From IMG/VR virus record IMGVR_UViG_3300032250_000070, positions 1 through 64,000 of that record: a stretch of 64,000 nucleotides of DNA; one strand, 5' to 3'. Shown here piece by piece: positions 45,601-52,662 of this stretch. The stretch's first letter is position 1; every line of letters starts with the position of its first letter. The notes below the pieces were generated by a model. That model saw nothing but the letters and a program-made list of their open reading frames with translations, was not told the DNA's origin and ran no database searches. A program made the position numbers and the translations under genes. Origin of the DNA: a virus (taxonomy: Duplodnaviria; Heunggongvirae; Uroviricota; Caudoviricetes).

Positions 45601-47643
45601 GAAGGTGATATCAAGAATAGATTGCTAGATAGAAACTACATGACTAATCAAAGACATGCGTTCCTAACTGGTAAGAAATGGATTGGTATTGCTGCTGTAA
45701 ACATTACAGGTAATTCCCTTGCACAAAAGACAGATGTGTTTGTAGAGAATCCACAAACAGAAATGGCTTTAGAACATAATAAGTTTAAAGATGGTGGCTT
45801 TGAGCATATATCACTTTCTGGCATGTTAGACCAGGATGGTAAATACATCTCTGATAAGTTATCAATGTATGCGAATGCTTTTGTAGATATTGCTAAAGAC
45901 CCATACATCATGAAGATCATCTATAGCAATAGAGTTGTAGGTACATTCATGTTGTTAGAGCGTGCAGGTGTTCCTATGAAGACAGTGGCTATGTTTATGA
46001 ACCAGCCTATTGTAAGAGAACACATTAAGAACTTAGATGCTAATGGTGCTCCTAGATATGCAATAAGCAATGTTGATTATATTAAACAAGCTGGGATAAA
46101 CTTCCCTGCAAGTACAAAAGCCATCCAAGCAGCTACAGTTGCTGAAGGTAACTTTGAAGATAATATATCTTCTTATGCTAAGAATACAATGACTGAAGCT
46201 CAGAATGCTGAACAACACAAGATATTAAATGAGTTCTTATCTTATGTTGCCCTAGCTGATGAGAACTTCAACTTTACACAGGCTATCAATTATGATACTA
46301 GTACATTTAGAAATGCAGATGATTTCTATAGAAAAGAAATGATGACTGATCGTGCACAAGAGAAAGGAGCTATTAGCTCTCCACAAAAGGTGTTAGACAG
46401 TTCTTTCTTAGGTACAGAAAAGACTGTGTTAGATCAATCTAATACAGCGTTGGGTGCTATCCTTAAGTTTAACCAATCTGAATTCAGAGGAGTGCTTGAG
46501 AATACTATTCAACAATATGCTGAGAAGTTTTACATGGCTAAGGATACATTCAATAGAGTGGCTGAGAAAGCTACAGCAAGCCTACTTGATTATATTATTC
46601 AAACAGGTAGAAAGAACGCATTGAATATCAGTGAGTTATCTTTTGGTCCAGAGTCTGTAGCAGTGAAGTTAGAAGAAGCTAAACAAAAATATCCTAATGT
46701 ACAAATACTACAAGACTTAGTTGTAGTGTCTGCAGAAAGACCAAACAGTCCTAAGACTATTAAGCTTAAAGCTAATGTCAAAGAAGCTTATGATGAGAAT
46801 ATGTATATTGGTATGATGAGAGAGTTGAGAGACAATCCAGACACTAACCAACTATACAAAGATCTTATCAAAGTAGCTATCATACAAGGTACATATCAAT
46901 CTGCTGTATCTATCAAGAATATTATTCCTATTGAAGACTATTCTGCAGAGGTAAAGAATATTGTAAACACAGCTGTAGTAGATACAAACGTTCAAGAGTT
47001 TGCTAATAACAATTGGTTCCAAAGAAACAATTGGAAGAACCCAGATATCACTCCTGCTATTGCTCCTTATATTGATGAAGAGTCTGTAACAGAGATTGGT
47101 GAGTTTAAGAATCAAATAGTTTCTCAATACAAGTTTACAGGATTTGTAGAAATCCCAGAGATTGGAATTGGTGAAAATGATAAACTTGTACTATCTGTAG
47201 GAGAAAGATCCAAAGCTGCTGGCTATGATATGATAACTATTCCACGCATTATCACTACTAAGTATGGTGAGATGATTGACTTCATGACTGGTAAGACTAT
47301 TACAAGAGCAGGATATGCAGAATTAAAAGCTAAGGGTGATCCTATTATTGGACAAATGTTTGGTTATCAGAAAGTTAAGTTTGTAAGTGGTGAAGCGTTG
47401 AGAACATATAAAGGAAAGTTTGTATTCAAGATGGTAAACTTATATGGAGATGGACAATTCACTTCTGAATATTATAAATTCAACAAACTTTCTGAGCTAG
47501 ATAATAATACAGGTAAGGTGAACAATGAAATCCCTAATTCAGAAATCATCAAATACTTTACAGGTATTGTTGAAAATGAAGTATCTTCACAGCCTGAAAC
47601 AGAAACAGATCTAAGTACTAAAGACTTTAAATGTAAATTCTAA
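36676..47643 (+). CDS. giant 3655-aa protein; candidate virion-packaged multidomain protein, possibly a crAss-like two-barrel RNA polymerase (DFDID motif)
   Basis: Single uninterrupted ORF of 10,968 nt. DxDxD motif SDFDIDK at nt 45238-45255. The size and position (after the tail genes, in a run of huge ORFs) parallel crAss-like and N4-like virion RNAP/ejection proteins. Confidence 0.55.
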   Translation: MPDKIVNLGGTIEGFPNTPVVNTDIRQSKGPTPSITDLYTQGLGTVKPAGIEAIPTSNLYVGERYAAVRPGEDLEEMYGQQQSSADKWKNGAIKFFGTATASLVSGTAGLVYGVGSAIKDGKFSSLYNNDLTRKMDETFIQGLDNTAPNYYTTKERDAEWWSPDNIWTANFFSDKLMKNLGYTVGALAGGVGWAKLLKTLGTTNALVRGGYGLEAVTAAENAMQAVPKVNQFAAFDGAVNSIAQKYLKTPLAKVLSDPERIVASTMGTFGEASLEALQNANEFRKGAIEQYVRKYGKNPTGADLEEIDEYVSSVGNFTWGMNTLLLTGTNYIQLPKILGSSNRADKMLLNQIEKKGQGAAFTEVMPATKFGKVLQRSKDVSKLFFAPSEAFEEGAQFAIQVGTNDYFNRAFRNRQGTQDFLTALSGTMGNVLGKGVEETISTKEGLESILIGGLSGGLQQARNTIREQGVLGTGGLRRANTDIALGALNQSNVETVLGDYARYIGIGIGSQKARQQAIVNNDKVSEKDFENDFTLSYIMPRVKYGKVDSIGEELSYYSQQSSTEEGFQQLVANGIVNAGESREDFLARITNVGRITKNINDLYDSLGRKYSNQPGYTSEILDKMVYSLAKVGSYDVRIPEVNSLLFTAGVNTQDILQSVIKENKPNKEAVEESLKQINEMDVTSETKDDLKTALSDIIELGLRRKMFIDEYDAIKANPTEFQFKPDVEFGATEEVPVTVLEGEEEAVTPEGQIELFPTKKERKLEVGKEYFLKQPVRKEENTLTLAPKIKVLSQTLGGEFEVQLPKGNVSFLTPEDFATLDLADEGAESPELKDIMDAAIDNVLSKPEFADVTLPEGEDKLASLNSLNNAQLVDAVETEFNALSETYLKEQADLQANRDKMNAVADKIKSAQTDIAATSGVVPTGNNDEDLMNTPKETPKKDVGILFTSSTSASVDWEKVLAPNVTRYNEFINKVKTFKNNKNIKAIVVTQKQEAALGLAGLGELSFREGNFDTDLLNDPIEGFIGLVFVEDKKGERQFVDKDGNPIGKVGEQVELNKVVFTSMPAAKLTNSKGEPRNRAGQEEQAALELAAYEVYRKDLREAAEEEYPIFNFTPSKGIAITDDVKKSVGGVLIPENQITTQQVLTVVTKGGVDHVDGITYNFPNGRPVFQDQDTLEYLNNSNLTKDQASAVYNVLKAMSNEAKQQIAAKKPVKFNEIYKRFLQGVTFYTNADAVAKGVGEGSGNRIYIEGSVLHIGTNTYDFANIDKQEIPIVSDLQGVFHNVNSFTVNLGLGEPFVEFYVDNNKLQQRSWKNYQSYLLASKNPDGSGRIAPLTTNVVKPTVAVPYTHKQKYIILNGLELPKQSVVKPAEPGVETYKSNVGNITYKVTTDEKGDFTVELVGENPNVQKIVDSPELMAVATQQLKDLGKFDELDQPVETAAKFAVEFITAKLVKDKAEVAPVEEKPEQTEQPKNINIGDAEYRRIGRTDVDRISDTELALFKEWHAKNAKTIPYEVLENVININSTEKAWGAFENGVAKFFKGAQRGTEYHEIFEGIWKGFLSQGEQQSILDEFKSQTGSFLDRESGRRIDYANATDQQAKERIADDFAEFRLGKLPARNLTEKIKNFFKAIMDFFKSFVNKPTLKEDLFKAIDTGEFADRTLPETIKNEAAEYRKIEGINAKQTNEFVQDITARVFGEIFANNSSLFNIEDITASDLFNRIKEKYIQNNVIGDNPATQITENQYVKLVERTKEFLKTYRIEFDEDSRVTVNDDGANRKDYAAEAFTVNFKKSSPYAVKLLIGTLIKTKGLNQEAVATLKRPEADTSSIGGLKLLPFNQAFTTLMNRLSNTRSIPEFVSKLHELAKQNSDYVRLFERLGGNLTTGKIDFNSYKPHDIRLFTNFYQVFTKQRPDALAMFMDGNNVYSAPANQASAIAATRSEWIENMKTKAEQPGSIISYDEKKKIYTVKKEDYNIKTPQDKVEFLAQLGIEFPMAVYNKVKNKKAFSDAVSGIKLGLSKTDELMSFGGRKLGIRTQLNELAKLYTIAASPAEDSTYFGVDGNRIQSDTDANYPSLLEYVFNSSDTLEELKQNMPQLNDVFSTNSQVLKLGGKFFDEEGNRIAEIKLQYIQGVKDVVDNEGQSTSSLSIGDRYITEMNQNLDGRYYVLIPADSSREWMMDLGNTIAYTDVAAGNADKLFTDTFLGYLKDEIKLAQDSTNRTKLRNVGDKATELRFLKDMLPATLLNKIQKLIDNRASEESINDFINTNREDLDAAILKSLDNTVVKTRQNLVETQKVIASKEAGSFLMPELENRFTEKAGLNKLGLADQDVNNVIKFANANYMINNVEFHKILFGDPYQFEVKGNQLDETKRIKSFLSPRRITVNSDEFNNLFNSEYNTVAGVQLTPNDYGYHEHKNFAKTFTAADVNVTDSFYPKSNEADAASWIMDAAYKEVKLKNGQWSDEAEDWHQWQMAYTRQNVPGYKYSSDALRKHDEALVEQPEPLYVTDVLKPIVSGNKFGKANFDLVLDKFSQMPLYYKAVEGTNLGKFYEKMFKEGYDYAVVVSGRKVGAEKLHKLYVDGNFNEEAFNNTINVGWDTYGIQVENSYDKDSKQTLGSQLTKLATVDLYSDGKANNEAARKAVEKNTEVLKEMLLNGYQELLRKLGIEDLGDNFVVKDKTVVADTLRQEMLKREMSENGIDSISIDPETGEFYMPFEASTNYIQIKNILYSIVDKSIVSPKVSGFPAVQVPVTMWEKAGESRGEGLKKSALKFYSKEDKYMEVYLPAWFKKQLPKGKTDEELIELLKDSEILKGIGFRIPTQGLNSAEVFKIKGFLPEFMGKTIVVPSEITTKAGSDFDIDKLNLYLKNIYVTPSGEIKSVPFFGYGDQAKEAIKKFILEEDIKAMLDINSEISGSRVDDYGTLADKLYKQSLENEYFRSIEELLTLPENFDRLTSPNTDKTLKEIADDLDTLRGENEGDIKNRLLDRNYMTNQRHAFLTGKKWIGIAAVNITGNSLAQKTDVFVENPQTEMALEHNKFKDGGFEHISLSGMLDQDGKYISDKLSMYANAFVDIAKDPYIMKIIYSNRVVGTFMLLERAGVPMKTVAMFMNQPIVREHIKNLDANGAPRYAISNVDYIKQAGINFPASTKAIQAATVAEGNFEDNISSYAKNTMTEAQNAEQHKILNEFLSYVALADENFNFTQAINYDTSTFRNADDFYRKEMMTDRAQEKGAISSPQKVLDSSFLGTEKTVLDQSNTALGAILKFNQSEFRGVLENTIQQYAEKFYMAKDTFNRVAEKATASLLDYIIQTGRKNALNISELSFGPESVAVKLEEAKQKYPNVQILQDLVVVSAERPNSPKTIKLKANVKEAYDENMYIGMMRELRDNPDTNQLYKDLIKVAIIQGTYQSAVSIKNIIPIEDYSAEVKNIVNTAVVDTNVQEFANNNWFQRNNWKNPDITPAIAPYIDEESVTEIGEFKNQIVSQYKFTGFVEIPEIGIGENDKLVLSVGERSKAAGYDMITIPRIITTKYGEMIDFMTGKTITRAGYAELKAKGDPIIGQMFGYQKVKFVSGEALRTYKGKFVFKMVNLYGDGQFTSEYYKFNKLSELDNNTGKVNNEIPNSEIIKYFTGIVENEVSSQPETETDLSTKDFKCKF

Positions 47644-50600
47644 TGAGTTGTCAAACAGGTATAAAAACTGCAGTTGAGAAATATGTACAGAACAAACCTT
47701 ACTTGAAATTTGATAGTAAGGACTTTATAGAAGTGAGGACATCTCCTAAAGAGAAAGTTAATCCTGAGAACTACTATGGAGTGGCACGTTCTGTAGCAGA
47801 CACTCTTAATAAAGCAATCAATTCTGAAATTGCCCTAGGAAAGGTATTCTATCCCAAAGCATATTCAGATAAGGTGGGAGTTATTATTGCTCCTACAGTG
47901 AAGCAGTTGGATGCTTTGAATGCAAAAGATGCAGCTGAGCTTGACCAAGCTTTGGCTGAATTAGATCTTGAGATACCTGAGGCTAATAGATTAGATCTTG
48001 AGAATGATACCAACTTTGGTGTTAACTCTGATGGAGATAGTCTGTTATTACAAACAGGAGAGATACCTGCTTCTAAAGCAGCACCTCAAACTGTAAGTCT
48101 TGTTAAAGATCTTTTAAATAGAATAGGTGTAGATATTAAAACACTACAAGCCATAGAGGTAGATGGTGTTAAGCAAGACGTAAATGGTGTTGCTGACATC
48201 ATGCAAAAGCTTGTAAAGGTAACTCAAGGTAAAGAAGATGTAGCTCTTACAGAAGAAGCTATGCACTTTGTTGTAGAAATTCTAGAGCAAAAGAACCCTC
48301 AGTTATTTAATAAGTTACTAGGAGAAATCAATAGCTACAAAATGTACTCTGATGTCCTAGCTACATATGGTAAGTATAAACAATATCAAACTGCTGATGG
48401 CAAACCTAACATCAGAAAGTTAAAGGTGGAGGCTATTGGTAAAATATTAGCTGAAACTATTATTAGAAAGAATGAAGGTTCTACAGAGAAGCCAGAACTA
48501 TTGGCTAGTGTAGAAGGTTGGTGGAACCAAATAGTTGACTTTATCAAAGGATTATTTGTTAAGTCTGGTTTTGACCAGGCTGCAATGATGGTACTTGGTG
48601 GTGAAGAAATTGGAAATGTTGATGATATTAGAAACACTGAGGGTGTGTATTTCCAACAAAACATTAATTCTCAACAGGCTATAATTGATAAGTTAAGATT
48701 TACTAGTGATCAGATTACAAAAGATGACACTGGCTATTTAATCAATGGTAATAGAATCAAGAGAAGAGTTACTGACTTTGTTAAGGATTGGTACAGCACA
48801 AGATTTTCTAATAAAGACTTAACTAAGTCTGAGTATGACCAAGCTGTAGATGATCTTAAGAAAGAAAAAGGTACAGCAGGACATGCTGATATTGAGCACA
48901 TGCTTAAAGACTATTTCTTAAATGAAGATGGTACATTAAGACCTGAGAATGAAAGACCTGATGACAATGGATATGTATCTCAGTTGAATCCTAAGAACAA
49001 GGATATGTATAACATTCTTAAAAGAAACATGGCAGCTCGTTTGGAAACATTCCCTGCTAACACAAAGTTTCTTGCTGAGATGACTGTATATGATGCATCA
49101 CGTGATGTAGCTGGTACTATAGACTTTATTGTTGTTACTCCTGAAGGAAAGGTGAGCATCTTAGACTGGAAGTTTATGGATCTTAATGTTCAAAGATATA
49201 AAGATGTTCCTTGGTATAAGGTTAGTGGTTGGAGACAACAAATGAAACAATACAAGTCTATTGTAGAAAAGGGATATGGTGTTAAGCCAGAAGACTTTGA
49301 ACAAACAAGAATGATTCCTATCAGAGCAATCTATTCTGGAGCTATTCCTAAAGAAGGTGTGCTACCACAATTAACAGGTGTTCAGATAGGAGATGTAGAT
49401 TTAAAGAAAGAAGAACTAGCATACTTACTACCTGTAGGATTAGAAACTGAAAAGACTAGTAGTAAGAAATTAGATACATTGATTGAGAAGCTTAATAAGA
49501 TATATGATACTATATCATCTAAGAAAGCTACTCCTGAAGAAAAGAGAAGCAAGGCTGAGTTGTTGAATTCATTGTATGAGTCTATTAGACAATTACAAAT
49601 AAGAGAAAATGTTGAACCTCTTGTTAGACAAGCTAAGTTATTAAACGCTGATGTTCAAAGAGTTATAGATACATATAATAATGAGTGGAAAGGTAAAGAG
49701 GCTGGATCATTTACAGACAAACAAAAGAGTGAACTATCTGATAGAATTCTATCTTATGAAACATCTCTAATGGTTTATACATCTTTAGCAACAGACTTAA
49801 AGAGTGTGTTTAAAAAAGATATGTCTGAGAAAGATCAAGCAATATGGCAAGATATTAGAGACACTGCAGAAAGTGCAAATGAACTTGAGGCTGATCTTGA
49901 AGAAGTAAGAAAAGACTTTGCTGAGAACGTTATTGCTAAGGATGCGAACGTTATGGACTATTTAAAACCTGAAAAGGTTATTAAAGGGTTTAGTAAGTTA
50001 TTCAACTCTACGTCTATCATTCAGCTTAAGTCTACTGAGATTTTATATAAGATGGCTAATAAAGCATTTGGTCTTGCGTCTATTGAAACATCAGAACAAG
50101 GAAATAAACTTGTAGCTATTAAAGAGAAGTATGATGTTTGGGCTAAGTCTAAAGGACTTACAAACAAAAACTACTTTGATATTATCAAGAAGAAGGGTAA
50201 GAATGAGTTGATAAATGAATATAGTCCTGAGTTCTATAAGACATTAAAGAGCAAGATTGCTGAGAAAGATACACAATGGGTTAGAGATAACATTGATGTA
50301 TCTGCTTACAATGAATTCTTAAAAGAACAGAAGGAAAAAGAATTTAAGAGAATAGAAGATAAGACTAGATTTGGTGATGAAGAGACTATAAACAAGGATA
50401 AGAAAAGAGAGATTGCTGAGACTAATGCATTATATAATACGTCAACAGCTGATTCTCCTGGTTGGTTATTATATGACCTTACTAAAAAGTTTCCTAAAAA
50501 GGAAACTTGGCAGTCTGAAGAATGGAAAGAACTTAACAAAGCAGAGAACAAACCTGCTAAAGAATTCTTTGATTATATTAGAGAAAGAAATGAATACCTA

Positions 50601-52643
50601 GATCAGATTGGTTATATTAACAAAGCTGATGCTAGAGTGTTTTTACCTTTTATAAGAAAGAGTCTTACAGAGAAGATTGTAATGGGTGGTGATTTTAGAT
50701 TGGGAGAATCCTTCCTAAGAAACATTACTATTACAGAAGGTGATGTTGGCTATGGTCAAATAGATCCTATTACTAAAGAACCAGTGTATTCTATTCCTAA
50801 ATACTTTACTAGAGAAACTGTAGAAGAAGCAAGTGAAGACTTGTTTAGAAACATGACTCTATTAAATAACATGGCTATTCGTTATGAATACCTAAGCAAT
50901 ATTGAGAACCAGTTAAACTTAATTGTAAAGACTGAAGGAAATAAGGAATCTATAAAGACATCTTACTTTGGTAAAACTAAATATAGACCTGATGGTACAC
51001 TTGAGACTACATCAGATAACTCTGACAACACTAAGCTTGTAAGAGATATGATGGCAGCTATTGTATATGGTCAGAAGTATGTAGAGAGTGAAAACTTTGA
51101 TCAGCTATTAGGAGGTATAAGTAACTTTGGTAAGAGAGCAAATAAGGTGTTAGGTAGAAAGATATTTACAGAAGACTATGATGATGCTCAGATATCTTTA
51201 AACAAGACAATCACACAGTTAAATACTGTATTCCAAATGAAGACATTAGGATTGAATCCTATCTCAGCATTATCAAACTTCTTAGGTGGTAGTTTTCAGA
51301 GTTATATTAATGCTGGTAAATTCTTTACAAAGGCAGACTTTGTACGTAATGAGTTTATGATGGCAGGTAAAATGAATGGTGTAGATTCTAAGAAATATAT
51401 AGGAGCTTTACAATACTTCCAACCTTTGACAGAAAACTATAATAGCATCCTTGCTAAAGAATTGTCTGTTAGTAAGTTTAGCCAAGAAGGAATACAAGAC
51501 TTCTTAATGATATTGATGAGAACTGGAGATCAGTATGTACAGTCTATCAACTTCTTTAGCTATCTAGAAAATTCTATTGTAGAAGATGGTAAGGTGTTTA
51601 ATGTAAGAGAATATCTTAAGAAACAGCCAGAGTTTGCTAACATGTTTACAGGCACAGCTGAACAAAGAAGTCAATTAAAAGAGAAGTTTGAATCAGAGGT
51701 AAAGAGACTAATTGAAGAGAAAGGATTTTTAAAACTAGCTAAGGTAGAAAACAATGAGCTTGTAGTGGAAGGCTTGGATAGAAAGTCTGATAGTGTGATT
51801 GAACTTAGAAGAAAGGTACAGGCTATTACTAAAGATGCATTAGGTAACCTATCTGAGGATGACCTTAGAAAGATTAACTTAAATATATATGGTAAGTCAT
51901 TCATGGTGTTCAAGAACTGGATACCAAGACTTGTAGATGTAAGATTTGGTAACCTGAAATATAACTCAGCTACAGAAGCTTATGAGTGGGGTAGAACTAG
52001 AAACATGTTTAGACTTCTGACAGAAGACTTCATGGGATCTGTTGATAGCTTAATTAGTTCTATAAAAGGAGATGACCAAAAGTTTGTCGATCAAATAAAG
52101 AAGCTTTATGAATCAAAAAGATCTGACTATGAGAAAGATACAGGTAAAGAACTAAGGATGACAGAAGGTGAGTTTGTAGAATTGGTAAGTAATAACGTAC
52201 GTAATCAAATGACAGACTTCATGTTCTATCTTGCATTGTCTACATTAATCATAGGGGCTAAAGCTGCTCAACCTGGAGATGATGATGATAGAGCCACAAA
52301 GAATAGATATAAGTATATGCTTAGAGTGATGGATAAAATACGAGATGAGGTTGCTTATTTCTACAATCCAACATCCTTCTTAGGCTTAACCACTTCAGGT
52401 ATCTTCCCAGCAATAAGTTACTTGGAAAACTTCAAGAAACTATTCCTAAACTTTGGTACAGAGATGTATGCTCTAGGTGTGGGAGATGAAGAGTTGGCAA
52501 AGAAAACTCAAGTGGTTAAATATGCATTAAAAGGATTCCCTATAGCTTCACAAGTAGATGCTGTTCTGTTAATGTTCTATCCAGACATAGCTAAAGACTT
52601 AGGTATGAAGGCACAATCTGAGGCCAAGCCATTTGGTAAATAA
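47643..52643 (+). CDS. giant 1666-aa virion/ejection-associated protein
   Basis: It is TAATG-coupled to the 3655-aa ORF. It contains a possible PD-(D/E)xK-like segment, IDFIVVTPEGKVSILDWK. Confidence 0.55.
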   Translation: MSCQTGIKTAVEKYVQNKPYLKFDSKDFIEVRTSPKEKVNPENYYGVARSVADTLNKAINSEIALGKVFYPKAYSDKVGVIIAPTVKQLDALNAKDAAELDQALAELDLEIPEANRLDLENDTNFGVNSDGDSLLLQTGEIPASKAAPQTVSLVKDLLNRIGVDIKTLQAIEVDGVKQDVNGVADIMQKLVKVTQGKEDVALTEEAMHFVVEILEQKNPQLFNKLLGEINSYKMYSDVLATYGKYKQYQTADGKPNIRKLKVEAIGKILAETIIRKNEGSTEKPELLASVEGWWNQIVDFIKGLFVKSGFDQAAMMVLGGEEIGNVDDIRNTEGVYFQQNINSQQAIIDKLRFTSDQITKDDTGYLINGNRIKRRVTDFVKDWYSTRFSNKDLTKSEYDQAVDDLKKEKGTAGHADIEHMLKDYFLNEDGTLRPENERPDDNGYVSQLNPKNKDMYNILKRNMAARLETFPANTKFLAEMTVYDASRDVAGTIDFIVVTPEGKVSILDWKFMDLNVQRYKDVPWYKVSGWRQQMKQYKSIVEKGYGVKPEDFEQTRMIPIRAIYSGAIPKEGVLPQLTGVQIGDVDLKKEELAYLLPVGLETEKTSSKKLDTLIEKLNKIYDTISSKKATPEEKRSKAELLNSLYESIRQLQIRENVEPLVRQAKLLNADVQRVIDTYNNEWKGKEAGSFTDKQKSELSDRILSYETSLMVYTSLATDLKSVFKKDMSEKDQAIWQDIRDTAESANELEADLEEVRKDFAENVIAKDANVMDYLKPEKVIKGFSKLFNSTSIIQLKSTEILYKMANKAFGLASIETSEQGNKLVAIKEKYDVWAKSKGLTNKNYFDIIKKKGKNELINEYSPEFYKTLKSKIAEKDTQWVRDNIDVSAYNEFLKEQKEKEFKRIEDKTRFGDEETINKDKKREIAETNALYNTSTADSPGWLLYDLTKKFPKKETWQSEEWKELNKAENKPAKEFFDYIRERNEYLDQIGYINKADARVFLPFIRKSLTEKIVMGGDFRLGESFLRNITITEGDVGYGQIDPITKEPVYSIPKYFTRETVEEASEDLFRNMTLLNNMAIRYEYLSNIENQLNLIVKTEGNKESIKTSYFGKTKYRPDGTLETTSDNSDNTKLVRDMMAAIVYGQKYVESENFDQLLGGISNFGKRANKVLGRKIFTEDYDDAQISLNKTITQLNTVFQMKTLGLNPISALSNFLGGSFQSYINAGKFFTKADFVRNEFMMAGKMNGVDSKKYIGALQYFQPLTENYNSILAKELSVSKFSQEGIQDFLMILMRTGDQYVQSINFFSYLENSIVEDGKVFNVREYLKKQPEFANMFTGTAEQRSQLKEKFESEVKRLIEEKGFLKLAKVENNELVVEGLDRKSDSVIELRRKVQAITKDALGNLSEDDLRKINLNIYGKSFMVFKNWIPRLVDVRFGNLKYNSATEAYEWGRTRNMFRLLTEDFMGSVDSLISSIKGDDQKFVDQIKKLYESKRSDYEKDTGKELRMTEGEFVELVSNNVRNQMTDFMFYLALSTLIIGAKAAQPGDDDDRATKNRYKYMLRVMDKIRDEVAYFYNPTSFLGLTTSGIFPAISYLENFKKLFLNFGTEMYALGVGDEELAKKTQVVKYALKGFPIASQVDAVLLMFYPDIAKDLGMKAQSEAKPFGK

Positions 52644-52662
52644 ATATTAAAAATAAATTAAA

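Noticed and set aside
36582-52000. Many short minus-strand ORFs inside the four giant genes (for example 41466-41897, 43314-43619, 48386-48664, 51671-51913)
   Set aside because: Embedded antisense to continuous multi-kb ORFs. No independent support.
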